Numbered from the stretch's first letter, positions 19,701 through 32,701 are shown. The stretch is DNA of 64,000 nucleotides from an uncultured Verrucomicrobiae bacterium (GCA_963788655.1 CAWBHS010000088.1:64001-128000); one strand, 5' to 3'. The notes: a model not told the origin generated them from the sequence alone. Program-made: numbers and translations.

Positions 19701-22700
19701 TCGGGCGTCTTGAATGTGCCCGCCGCCTGCGGGTTTGACGTGTTGGACGGCGACTTGAAACTGATGACCGGCACCTTGAACAACTACGGCACGCTGTCCC
19801 TGCTCGCGCTTAGCCAAATCCAAATGGACTCCGGTGCCGTGATCAACAATGCCGGGCTGTGCGAAACCTGGTCCGATGATCCCTTCGCCCACCAAAACGG
19901 CGGCATTCCCACATTCGAGAACACGGGCACGTTCCGCAAGCTGGGACCAAGCCGGCCACAATTGCGGGCGACGGTGAATTTCCATCATCGCGGCATCCTG
20001 GATGTGGCGAGCAATACCTTGAGCTTCGTGGCGGGCAACCATACAGTTCAACAATGGCGCGGTCATTACCGGCGGTGGTTTGACGCGGCTGGCCGGGCGC
20101 AAGTTGACATGGTCTGGCGCCGTGACGAACACCGCGCCGGTGGATCGCGGCAGGCTGTTGGACGCCGCCGGAACGATTCGATGGAACGGTGACCTGGTCG
20201 GGCGGCACCCTTGGCGGCGCCCTGACCATTCCGGCGGCAGCGAACTTGGCCTGCATCGGCGCCGGAACCAAGACATTGGATTCAGTGGCCGTGACCGAAT
20301 CTGGGCTCGATGATACTGGAGGGCAGCGGCGCGCTGCGTTTGACGACGCCATCGTCATCGAGAACAAGGGTGTCTGGAACTTCAGGCGGCAAATTCCTTC
20401 CACGCCGAACGGCGGCAAGAAGTGGTTGAACAACTCCGGCACGTTCCGCAAAACGATGTCCACGGCCGAAGTCGCGTTTGATGTGATTCAACTGCAAAAT
20501 AGTGGCGTGCTGGACCTCCAGGCCGGCGTCATCAGTTTCCCGGCCAACACCCACACCTTGAGCACCGGCAGCCGCGTCGTGGGCAACGCCATCCTGCGCG
20601 TCAACGGCGGGACCATGAACCTCAACGGGACGCTGACGTTCGAAGCGCCGTTCGAGTTTACCGCGGGCCTGGTGCAAGGCTCAGCCACGATTAACGGCGA
20701 TATGACCTGGAGTGGCGGCGTGATTCCCGGTGGTTCGAACCCCGCCGTGTTCACAATCAACGGCAACCTCGGCTGGTCCGGCGGTCAACTCCTGGGCAAC
20801 GTGACGGCGAACGGCCAGGGCGCCTGGTCCGGCGGCACCTTGAACGGCACCTTGACTGTGCCGGCGGGGGCGCAACTGGCCATCGCCGCGGGAGCCATCA
20901 AACTCATGACCGGCATTTTGAACAATCGCGGCCGCGCGACCCTGGCGGACAACCAAATGGTCCAAATGGAAGGGGGGGGGGAGGAGGGGGAGGGAAGGAG
21001 AGAGGGGGGAGGGGGGAGGGGGGGGACAACGGCGCTCAAATCAACAATATCGGCACCTTCGAAGCCTCGAGCGGCACTCCGTGGAAAACCCAGAATGGTA
21101 ACCGCCCGGTGTTCAACAACACCGGCGTGTTTCGCAAGCTGGGTGCCGGCTTGCTGACGATCCCCGCCGCGGCCGAATTCCGGCACTTGCGGTCGCTGGA
21201 AGTCAATACGGGCACGATGAGTTTTGCGGCGGGGGGCCATCTGTTCAGCGACGGTGCCTCAATTTCAGGCGATGGCCAGTGCCAGGTGGACGGCGCCACC
21301 ATCAACCTGACGGGAACCGTCCAACTCGCCTGCCCGTTCACGTTGGCTTCGGGACTGTTGACTGGCGTCGGTTCGCTCAATGGCAACTGGACCTGGTCGG
21401 GGGGAGCCATCGGCGGCACGCTGACCCATCCCACGGGTCGCCAACTCCTGATCACCGGCACAGCCACCAAGACATTGAACAAGGATACCACCCTGGTTAA
21501 TGTGGGCCTGGTTGCGGTCGAGGACAAGGGGCCGCTGCAATTCCTCGAGAACACCACATTCAACAACCAGGGATTCCTCGTCTGGCGCGGCAGCGGCAGC
21601 TTTTCCACGGACGGCCACGGGAATCCGGTGCTCATCAACTCCGGCACCTTCCGCAAGACGGTCGCCACGGCGACGCTGGCCTTCAACGTCATTCAACTCC
21701 AGAACAGTGGGGTGCTGGACGTGCAGGCGGGCGTGATCAGTTTCCCGGCCAACACGCACTGGTTGAACAATGGCAGCCGCATCAGTGGCTCCGCCATTAC
21801 CCGCTTCGCGGGGGCGACGATGAACCTGGGTGGCACCCTTACCTTCGAGACGCCGGTCGAATTTACCGCCGGCACTCTGCAGGGCACAGCCACGATCAAC
21901 GGCAACCTGGCCATGTCGGGCGGCACCATCCCCAGTGGCTCGAGTTCGGGCGCCTTCACCCTCAACGGGAACCTTGGTTGGTCGGGCGGCACGCTGTACG
22001 GCTCGTTGACCGAGAACGGCACCGCCGACTGGTCGGACGGCACGCTTTACGGCAGTCTGTTGATCGCGCCCGCCGCGCAGTTGAACATCCGCAACGGCGG
22101 CAACCCGACCCTCAGCGGCACGCTGACCAACGCCGGCCAGGCGACCACCGTGGGCAATGCCTCGTTGACCGTGCTCGACAAATCCCTGTTCGTGAACAAC
22201 GGCCTGCTCGAGGTGCAGTTCGAGAAGCCGTTCGCCATGTCCGGCAATGGGAATGCCACGGTGATCAATGCCGGCACCTTGCGACGAACGATTTCCACCC
22301 GCGCCATGGATTTCAGCAGCGTGCTGCTCCAGAATAGCGGCACGCTCGACCTCGAAAGCGGCGATCTCACGTTTTCTGCGAACAGCCATGGCTTCGCCAA
22401 CGGCGCCCGTACCATGGGCGCCGGCACGGTGCGCGTGTTGGGCGGTACCTTGACGCTCGCGGGAACCAGCACGATGGACGCGCCGTTTGAACTCGCCGGC
22501 GGCGAATTGACCGGCACGGCCACCATCAACGCGAATGGCGGCATGACCTGGTCGGGCGGCATCATCCCCAATGGATCGGAAGGCGGCGTGTTCACGGTCA
22601 ACGGCAATGTCACCTGGTCCGGCGGCGAATTGGAGGGCAGCCTCACCGAGAATGGCATCCTCAATTGGAGCGACGGCCTCCTCGACGGCACGCTGACGAT

Positions 22701-25700
22701 TCCCGCAGCCTCGCGCGCGAACGTGCTGCCGCCCGGCCGGGGCTCCATCTCCGGCGTCCTCCAGAATGCCGGCACGATGGTCATCTCGAACAACGCCAGC
22801 ATCCTCCTGTTGGGCGGCACGCCCATCGTGAACAGCGGCGTGCTGGAACTGCAGAATGAACAGGCGCTCAAACCCAACGGCACCACGAAGGTCACCGTCC
22901 TCAATAGCGGCACGCTCCGCAAAACCATTTCTACCAAGTCGATGAAACTCGAATACGTGCTGCTGCAAAACAGCGGCACGCTCGATGTGCAAGCTGGCGA
23001 AATCAGCCTGGCCCTGAACACGCACAACTTCACCGATGGCACCCGCCTCACCGGTCCCGGCGCGGTGCGGGTGAACGGTGCCACGCTCGAGGTCGCCGGC
23101 AACCTGACGTTCGACGCCCCCTTCGAGCTGGCCGCCGGCACGATCGAGGGCAGCGCCACCATCACCGGCAACCTCACCTGCTCCGGCGGGACGATCGAGG
23201 ATCCGCTGCGCGTGAATGGCCCGTTCACTTGGACGGGCGGCTTGGTGAAGAACGGGCTCACGGCGGACGGCGCGGCCAACTGGTCTGGCGGCCAACTGGA
23301 AGGCACCTTCACCACCACGACCAACGGCACTCTGACCGTCTCCGGCAACGCGACGAAGCTCTTGAAGGGCACGTTGAACAACAATGGCAGCGTGACCTTG
23401 GCCGCGCCCGGCGGCTTGCAAAACAACGGCGGGACCATCCAGAACTACGGCGTTTTCAACCTGCTGGGCGACTCGACCATCGTCACCGTCGGCGGCGGGA
23501 GGCCCGTCTTGAACAATTACGCCGTGCTCAACCTCACCAACGGATTTGCGCGGTTCAACCTGGGGGGCGACTTCCAGCAATTCCCCGCCGGCATGCTTAA
23601 CCTGGCCATTGACGGCACGAACGTTGGGAACAGTCTCAACCAATTGGTCGGTTTGAACAAAACGACGCTGGCCGGCGCGCTGAATGTCCTGCTCACGACG
23701 AATTACGCGCCCGCGCTGGGCGACCGGCTGGAAATCGTCAAATGCACGGATCGGATCGGAACCTTCGGGACTTACGCCGCCAACACTCCGCGGCTGACCC
23801 CTGACTACAGCGTGACCAACGTGACGCTCTTCGCCGCCGCGCCGACCATCACCCGCCAGCCGCAGAGCAAGACCGTGGGCGCCGGCAGCACGGCGACATT
23901 CAGCGTGGACACCTACGGCAGCCTGCCGATGAGCTACCAATGGTGGTGGAACGACGCGCCGCTCGCTCGCGCCACCAACGCCGCCCTGAGCTTGACCAAC
24001 GTGACGCCCGCCCTGGAAACCAATTACCTGGTGGTCGTCACCAACATCTGGGGCGGCGTGACCAGCGCGCCGGTCACGTTGAGTGTCATCATCCCGCCGG
24101 CGATCACCCAGCAACCCGCCAGCCTCACGGTCAATCAAGGCGACCCCGCCGTCTTTCAAGTGCAGGCAACCGGCACCCACCTGAGTTATCGCTGGAGATT
24201 CGGGGACCACTGGCTCAGCGGCACGGATACCCCCGTGCTGGCGCTTACCAATGTGACCGCCGCGCAGTCCGGCAAGTACAAGGTGGAGATCAGCAACGTC
24301 GGCGGCACCATCACCAGCACGGAGGTGATACTGACGGTCATCGTTCCCCCCACCATCACTGAACATCCCCAGAGCAAGAACGTGGATGCCGGTTCCTCGG
24401 TCACCCTGACGGTTAAAGCCAATGGCACCGAACCGTTCCAGTATTTTTGGACCCGCGATGGCGTCGCCATTCCGGCCAACGGTGCCTCCCTGGAACTGCG
24501 AAATGTGCAGGCGGCCCAGGTGGGCGCCTATGCCGTGGTCGTCGCCAACGCGGCCGGTTTTGATGAGAGCCAGCCGGCCTTCATCGCGCTGAATGCGCCG
24601 CCGCAGATCACTGCCCAACCGGTTAGCCAATCGCTGGCGGTGGGCAGCAACGTGGTCTTCAGCGTTGCCGCCACGGGTGTGCCCGCGCCCACCTACCAGT
24701 GGCGCAAGAACGGCGTCAACATTTCTGGCGCCACCAGTCCCACGCTGGCCCTGCCCAATGTGAAACCGGGCGACTCGGGTAGCTATTCGGTCGTAGTAGC
24801 CAATCACTTTGGGGCGGTGGAAAGCGCGCATGCGGAGTTGGAAGTGCTCGTGCCCAAGCTGGCATTTGCGGACAACTTTGCCGACCGCGGCTACATCTAC
24901 ACTGCGTCCGGCTACGGCAGCGGGACGAATGCCGGCGCGACGTTTGAAAGCGAGGAACCCAAGCACGCCGGCAAGAAGAGCGCGACGACCTCGGTTTGGA
25001 TTTCCTGGTGGGCGCCGGCCAACGGTATTGTCACCTTTAGCACCGCGGGCAGTGATTTCGACACCGTGCTGGCCGTTTATCGCGGGTCGGCAGTGGCGGG
25101 GTTGACCAAGGTGGCGGCGGACGATGATTCGGCCGGTTACCATTGCAGCAGCGTGAGCTTCAACGCCAAGGCCGGCACCTACTACGAAATTGCGGTGGCC
25201 GGGGTGGGGGGTGAAAGTGGTGACATCGTCCTGGGCTGGGACCTGGTGGTGACTTCGGAGTTGCTGCCGGAGATTGTTCAGGCGCCGCTGGATCAGACCG
25301 CCAACACGAATGCCACCGTCGCGCTGGAAGTGGTGTTCAATGCCTTCGAACCCACGGCCATCCAGTGGTTCTTCCAAGGCCAACCAATCGAAGGCGCCAC
25401 GCAGAGCATTCTTAGCATCCCGGACCTCCAAGTGGTCAAGGTCGGCGGCTACGCCGTCCGGCTTACCGCCGCCTCGGGACGCACCGTGGTGTCGGCGCCG
25501 GGCGATGTGCAAATTAACACCGCCGGTCTGACGATGGTCGGCGCACGCAACAAGCTGACGGACGCGCTCGACTCCGCCCTTTTGTTCGACGCTCCCAGTG
25601 GTTTTGTCGATCATTCCAAAACCGCATCCAAGCCAAGCAATTTTACCACCCCCTCACGCGGTTACACCGGCAGCCAGGTGTTCAGCACGCTCGGCGCGGA

Positions 25701-26490
25701 CAAGGATGAAGACGAGCCGAATCATTGCGGGGTGCCGGGCGGGGCCTCCCGGTGGTTTGTGTATCAGGCGGCGATCACGGCGCCGGTGCTGTTTGACACC
25801 GAGGGCAGCAGCTTCGACACCGTGCTGGCCGTGTACACCGGTTCGGGCGCCAGTTACGACAGTTTGACGCCGGTGGCCTGCGACGACAACAGCGGTGCCG
25901 ACGGATTTACAAGCCGGGTGGTCTTCGATGCGGAAGCAGGCACACTGTATTACATCGCGGTGGACGGGGTGGACGGCGCGAGTGGCACCGTGGTGCTGAA
26001 TTACGGTTACGTGCTACCGCCGGTTCTGACCGAGGAACCGGTGTGCCAATCGGTGGCGGTGGGCAGCAGCCTGACCTTGTCGGCCAATGCCACCGGCGCT
26101 CCGGCGCCGGAATACCAATGGAGTTTCAACGGCATCGACATTCCGGGCGCCACCAGCGCGAGCGTGGTGATCGACGATTTTCAGCCTGATTGGCAGGGCA
26201 AATACCAGGTGCGCGTGCAAAACGTGTCCGGCTTCATCACCAGCAACCCCGTGGACGTTTATGCGGCCGGCGCCCTGCGGGTGGCGCAGTGCAAAATGAT
26301 GGCGCACGGATGGTTCCGTCTGCGCGTCGTGGGCGCGGTCAATGGCACGTACACGCTTCAGCGTTCAAGTGATCTGAAAAACTGGACACCGTTGGCCACC
26401 AACACGCTCCCCACGGGCGTTTGGGATTTTGACGACTTCCCTCCGTCCAATGTCCCGCACCGCTACTACCGGGTCATGCAAGTGCCGTAG
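16756..26490 (+). CDS. giant secreted/surface protein (about 3200 aa): beta-helix-like repeats, Ig I-set domains, PPC-like domains and a C-terminal sorting-like domain; interrupted by several frameshifts at 19.4-21.0 kb
   Basis: signal peptide; the same 'WSGG...N.G...NSGTLD' repeats continue across ORFs 16756-19713, 19470-20192, 20189-21157 and 21109-26490; Ig repeats 'P.IT.QP.S...YQW'; tail 'QRSSDLKNW...RYYRV'. Confidence 0.8.
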
Positions 26491-26639
26491 GCAGGTTGGT
26501 CTTGCGGTTGTTTGTGACCCGTTCATCATCCCCACTGTTCCAGGCAGCGCCAAGTTGGCATGGTCGGTGGAACCACGGATCCCCCGAAACAAGGCGCTTC
26601 GCCTCAGTTTGAGAGCGGGCTTTGAAAGTCCAGAATCCC

Positions 26640-26715
26640 GTAGCCACCGACGTGAGGAGGTGGAACTTGCCGCCCTTTGGCGCTGGCGAATCCGCCTCCT
26701 CACGTCGGCGGCTAC
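26640..26715. repeat. GTAG-type REP doublet between convergent genes
   Basis: GTAGCCACCGACGTGAGGAGGTGGA ... TCCGCCTCCTCACGTCGGCGGCTAC. Confidence 0.8.
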
Positions 26716-26765
26716 CCTCTTCAAACACGCTCTGAGCCTGCGTCTCGAGCTGCCAAACGCCCGCC

Positions 26766-29700
26766 CTACGGCAAAGTGATCGCCCGGTAGTAACAGCGGG
26801 CGAGATTGGTGGAACCACGATGAATCAAGTCGAGCACGCCCGTGGGGGCATTGGTGTTGACCAGCGGCGACCAGTGCTGCAAGTCGCCGGAATACTCAAT
26901 GTGGAATTGGCCATCGGCCTGGCCGGTCAGGCGCAACCGGTTTTCGCCGGCAGGCGTTACCCCCATCGGCCGGAGTTGCGACGGGGTGGCCAGACTGTAA
27001 TGCAGTTGCACCAGACCGCTGCTGCCGCCCACGCCATCGACGGCGATGTAATACAACGTGCCGGGCGTAACGCGGAAAGCCGTCGCACTATCCAGCCCAT
27101 CCAGGCCACTGTCGTTATCGCAGGCCACCGGGACCAGCGAGTCGAAGGTACTGCCACCGGTATAAACCGCCAGGACCGTATCAAACGAACTGCCGTCCGT
27201 GTTCAGGTACAGGGTGCCCGTGGCTTCCGAAGTGTAGGCAAACCAGTGGGACGCGCCGCCCACAATCCCGCAATGGTTGGGTTCGCCGGGTTCCTTGTAC
27301 GCCCCCACGGTGCTGAACACTTGCGTGCCCGAGTACCCGCGGGCCACCCCAAATCCAGCCGGGGCTTTGCCGGTTTTGGGGGCAAAGCCAAACGGTCCAT
27401 TGCCGCCCAGGTGCAGGGTCTTGCCGGAACGAATCAGATGAATCAACTTGTTATAGGAACGCACGTCTTCCGCCTCGCCTCCCGTCCGGTTGACCTGCAA
27501 GTCAGCCACCTGGCTTTCCACGGTGTAACTGCCTTTCTTTAGCTTGACGGAGTATTTACCCACTTTCAGCGCGTTGGCTTTAGTGATGGTCAACCGGTTG
27601 GTCGTGGCTCCCTCAATGGGCGCGCCATCAAGCAACCATTCGTAAATGACATTGGTTTCTGTGCCGGTGACCAGTTGTAATTCAAACACCACCGGATTGC
27701 CTTCCGTTGTGGTTTGGCTGACGGGTTGCACGGCGATTTCCGGCAGCGTTTCCGGCGTCGCTTCAAATTGCCAGGCCAGCACCACCTCGCCAGTCGCGCC
27801 GTTCAGTCCGTCCACCGCTACCCGATACCGTTGTCCTGCGTGGGCCTGGAACATGACGGCGCTGTTCAAGAATCCGCCCCGATCTTCGTCGCTGGCGACT
27901 TCGTTAAGGGTGGTGACCGTTTCGCCCGTGTAAACCGCGAGCAACGTGTCAAAGCTGCTGCCCTCCGTATCGAACGTGGCAATCCCATCCGCCGGGGCCT
28001 GCCAGGTTAGCCACAGGGATTTGCCGCCGGGAAGTCCATGAGGTTCCGGTTCGCCGGGTTCACTGGTGGCTGAGGCATTGGTCGTGCGGCCCTGACCGGC
28101 GGGCGCCGTGAAGATTGTTTGGTCGGCGAACTGATCCGTCATTGGCAACGCCTCAAGCTGCACTGTGACCAGGGCGGGCTGGCTTTCCAACGCCCCCAGG
28201 TCATTTTGGATGGCCAGGGTGTAACGGCCGGCGTCGTGCGGCTGGACATTGCTGATGATTAGCATCGCATTGGTGGCCGCAGGAATATTCACGCCATTCA
28301 AACGCCACTGGAAGAGCGGCGGGCCATAAACCAGGTATTCCGTCGTCAAAACCAACGTGTCGCCAACCTGCAGTTCCTGGCTCTCGGGTTCGTGGGTAAT
28401 GAGTGGTGGCTGCGGCGGCAAGACCGTCAAAGTGAATTCCGGACTGAACACCGCGCCCACCTGGTTGCTGACGAGCACCGAGTAGGTGCCGGCATGACTG
28501 CTCCCGAGATCATCCAATCGGAGCGTGCGATTGGTGGCCTCGGCAATGGGTTGGCCGTTGTGGAACCAGAAATAAAACGGCAGGGGGGTATTGGTGACGG
28601 TGACCTCCATCATCACGGATCGATGTTCAAGCGCCATCTCGTTTTCGGGCCAGGTGGCCAGGGCGGGCTGGCCGGGTTGCTGGGCTTGCAGCACGATGAA
28701 ATCGTTGCTGGATACGGAGGACTGTGCCGTGCCGCCGACGGTGATTCTTCCTTGCGCATCAACGCGTATGGCCGTGCCGACGTTCGGCCCGGCCCGCGTG
28801 ATCGTAGATAATCTTCCACATCATCTCGCCGGCAGCGTTGCATTTCAGGGCGACGAGATCGGTGCCGGGACTTCCGGTTGCCGTGCCGGTGACATAGGCA
28901 TTTCCCGCGAGATCCAGGGCCATGGCTGCCGGGGTGTCGTCGCCCGGCAGATGGGAGTCATTGACCCAGGCCAGGGTGCCGTCCGGTAAGTACTTTAGCA
29001 CCGCGATGTCCCGTCCCGTTACCGACTGCGCCACTTGGGCGGCCACGTAAACATTGCCCGCGCGATCGACGGCGACGGCGCGGCCTTCGTCATCGGCGCT
29101 GGTCGCTCCATCATACCGCCGGGCCCAAAGCTGATGGCCATCGGGATCATACTTGACGGTGATCACGTCGTCCCCGGTGCCTTCTCCCGCTGACGTTCCG
29201 GTTACAATGATATTGCCTTGGCCATCCAGTGCCAGGGCGGCGGCGACGTTGTCGTGAATTGCGGGACCGGAATAGGTGGCCACCCAAATCAGGTTGCCAT
29301 CGGTATCGTATTTGATGGTGGTGAAATCCAGGCCATTGGTCAGCCCGGTGGAACTGCCGGCGACATAGACATTGCCGGCAGAATCCACCACCAAGGCCCG
29401 GGCTTCATCGCGCTGACTCGCGGGGCCATTGAAATGTGCCACCCAAAGGTGGGCCCCGGCGGGATCATACTTGACGGTGTGATAATCGCCTCCCGCCGTG
29501 CCCGTGACATACACATTGCCGGCAGCATCCACCGCCACGTCATCGGCGTCGTCGTCAATACTGTAGGAGAAACGGGCGGTCCAGTCCGGCGTGCCGTCGG
29601 GGGCATATTTCAGCGTGGCATAATCGAAATTGCCGCCCAAAGACTGACCGGTTATGTATGCATTGCCGGCGTCATCTACGGCGAGGGACTGGGCGGCGTC

Positions 29701-31398
29701 CAGGCCATTGCCGGGTCCATTGTAGCGGTTGGTCCACAGCGGCAGACCGGTAGCCGTGTATTTGATCGTGAGATAATCCGCGGCCGAATTTGTGGTTTCG
29801 GAGAGCCCGGTGACAAACACATTGCCGGCCGGATCCACGGCCAGATCGTTGAGTTCATCGTTGCCGTTCGCGGGACCGTTATAGGAGGCAATCCACTTGA
29901 AACTGGCCAGCAACGTCAGGCTGACCGCATCGCTGGTAACGGTACCGGCGGCGTTGCCCACCCTCACCCAATACCCTCCGGCGTCCATCGGTTGGACATT
30001 GGGAACCTGAAGACTGTGGTTGGTGCCATCCGCCAGCGGTGCGCCATTGAAAAACCACTGGTAAGCCAGCGACCCCTCGCCAATGGCGGTCACGTCAAAG
30101 ATGGCGGTGGCCCCCACCGGGAGAACTTGCGGTTGAGGTTGCGCGATAATGGAAGGTGGTTCGAGGGGAGAAACCGGTTGCGCATTGGAGAACTCCGACG
30201 TATTTCCGCCGGCATCCGTGGCGGTCGCCGTAATGACTTGGCCAACGGTATCCCCGCCGTCGAACGTCACCTGGAAGCTGGCATTGCCACTGGCATCGGT
30301 CGTCAAGTTGGTGGTTCCCAGGAAGACCTTGCCTTCTCCAAAACCGGAACCATCCGCGCTCGGACTGACAAAGAACTCCAGCCGATAGTTCTCATTGCCA
30401 TGGCTGTTGAAGGTTCCCGCAATCGCCGTTTGCAGACTCACCTGGACGGCGGAAGTGAGCACAGGAAAATTTTGGAGATTGTTCACGCTGATGTCGGTAT
30501 CATTCAGATCATTCGGCGTTACTCCAGCCCCGCCCAGATCGATGCCCAATCCGGAATTCTCAAAGATCGAGTTGCCAGCAATCCAGATGCCCGAGCCGAA
30601 CGCCACCTGGACGCCGGGGCCGCCATTAAAGGCAACGACATTGGCGGCGTCAGGAGTTTCCCCCCCAATCTGACAATTCAAGGCCCCCACAAAAATACCG
30701 CTTTGCTGATTGGGCAGGCTATTGGTCCCCGTCCAATCCACCCCAATGAAGTTGCCTTGGATCAGGTGACCGAATTGGCCGTTCAACTGAATACCATTCT
30801 TGGTATTCCCGGAAATCAGGTTGCCATCGAGGGGACTGGTGCCGCCAATCACGAGGTTGGAACACGTCGAGGTGTTCACGATTCCATACCCGTTCGGCAG
30901 CGCCAATTTCCCGGCGAAATCCATGCCCAGGTAATTTCCCCGGATGGTGTTGCTGCCGCCCGCGGTGATAAATATCCCCGCCAACTGACAATTGACGATG
31001 TTCAATCCTTGAATCTTACACCCGCTGCCGCTGACGTACAATCCGATGCCATTGGTGCCCAGTTTGGTGCCATCGATTTGGACGATGGGAGCGTTGGTAA
31101 AGCCCAACTGCCGTCGTCCATCGATGAACACCGGCTTATAAATGACGGGCAGGCTCGTCAGCGGCGTGATGGTGTACGTTGCGGCTCCGGGGATATTAAA
31201 GGCGATGGTGTCCAGATTCGCGTTGGTGTTCGCGTCCAGGATCGCCTGACGGAGACTGCCCAGCCCCGAGTCGTTGATGTTGGTGACGGTGAGAACGGCG
31301 GCTTGGATTGCGCCCGGCAGCATGGCAAGCACCACGACTATCCAAGCCGAATCCTTCAATTTGCATCTCGGTGTTATCCGGCAAATATGTTCCTTCAT
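26766..31398 (-). CDS. large secreted protein: right-handed beta-helix, Ig, SBBP beta-propeller, Ig, PPC-like domains and C-terminal tail; frameshift near 28790
   Basis: 'VTNINDSGLGSLRQAI' N-terminus, SBBP repeats 'AVD.AGNVYVTG'; the reading frame continues as '...VGTAIRVDAQGRITVGG' into ORF 26766-28694; tail 'EYSGDLQHW...YYRA'. Confidence 0.8.
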
Positions 31399-32007
31399 AC
31401 ATTGTCAGATGGCGGTCAGGTGGCATGTCGTCAAACTCCGCGTGGGCGGTTTCAAGGCCCATCAACCTGGTTTGAGTTCCAATTGGAACCACCTGTAAGC
31501 GTGCGGTTTATCAATCAATTCGACAGGCGGTGAGATAACTTCGAAACATGAACAAGCATGAACACCGATCCAACGGACAGGTCCGAGTCAGCGGTGCTAT
31601 TCAATCCCTACGCACCCAGTTGACTGATGCAAGCACACCCCAAGCCATGGATAGGTGTTCGTTCTGCGAGGATCCGCGGGACACAGGGGAACGCGTCCCG
31701 ATCTGAGGTTGGTAACGATGGATTCCCGCTTGTCGCGAACCACCAAGAACGTTCAACTTCACTGGGAGGGTCCAACAACCAAGGAACGGTCATTGGACGT
31801 TCGGGACCACCGAGACGGCCGTCCTACTTTAGCGTAACGCCTGCGACACCGGTCAGGCAGGTCTCCCCTCCGTCCCGAATGATCCAAAGACACCCACTAG
31901 CTCAAAAAACGTCCGCTGTCCAGCGAACGGTTCGCGCCATTTGGAACCACCGAGATGCTCGGATGCTGTTGGCGCAAATTGCGAACGGTTTGCTGAATGG
32001 CGCACCC

Positions 32008-32147
32008 GCGTTTGGAGTGCGTCCGGCTTGCCGGCGCTTTGGTATGAAGAAGGGCCGGCAAAGCCCTCGGGCGGCGCATCAACCTTTGCCCGCCCTACCG
32101 CAAACGAAAGCGGGAGCAAGCTCCACGCACTCCAAACGCTGGCGCGA
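32008..32147. repeat. REP doublet, GGAGTGCG family
   Basis: the same two units as 7051-7154 in the opposite arrangement. Confidence 0.85.
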
Positions 32148-32240
32148 TGCCCGAAGACCGGCGGCAATTCACTCACGCTGAACGCCAACACCCGCAGCCT
32201 GGCCTGCCTGCGTGCAGGAGCTTTACATGCACGAGAGAGA

Positions 32241-32357
32241 GTAGGACAGGCGTCCCGTCTGTCTCAGACTTCCAAACCAGCGTCCAAACTGGGGAGGATG
32301 CTCTGCGTCCGACGGACAGTGAACGCTCCTTCAAGACAGCCGAGACGGCTGTCCTAC
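32241..32357. repeat. GTAGGAC-family REP doublet
   Basis: GTAGGACAGGCGTCCCGTCTGTCT ... AGACAGCCGAGACGGCTGTCCTAC. Confidence 0.8.
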
Positions 32358-32395
32358 AACATTGTGACAACGTCTTCAGAGAGTCCCAATGCGCT

Positions 32396-32701
32396 TTACC
32401 AATCAGCGTCACTCGGGAACAGGTTGGCGTATTTCACGCTCGAGCGCGGCTCGGCCATCATTGGCGCCACCGTGTCACGCCACTTGGCATAATGCGCGGT
32501 TTCCTTGTGCTGCGCCGGGGCTTCCGCCGTGCGATAGGCTTCCACCAGTACAAACCGTGTGGGATCCTCGGCCTGTTGCACGACGTCGAAGCCCGCGATG
32601 CCCGGCTCCTGGACACTGGCTTGCGCGTTTTCAAGCGTGGCCTGTTTGAAGGCTTCCACCGTTTCCGGTTTCACATGAACATGAACGTGGACTACTAACA
32701 T
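32396..32701 (-). CDS. antibiotic biosynthesis monooxygenase (ABM/LsrG-like) family protein
   Basis: 'VHVHVKPE...[10 protein letters not shown]...[11 protein letters not shown]...[12 protein letters not shown]'. Confidence 0.9.
   Translation of the reverse strand: MLVVHVHVHVKPETVEAFKQATLENAQASVQEPGIAGFDVVQQAEDPTRFVLVEAYRTAEAPAQHKETAHYAKWRDTVAPMMAEPRSSVKYANLFPSDADW

Noticed and set aside
21265..25614. 1449-aa minus-strand ORF and other long antisense ORFs (e.g. 12480-14585, 29218-31533, 32704-34281, 54707-56968)
   Set aside because: Shadow ORFs opposite well-supported GC-rich genes; no recognisable domains
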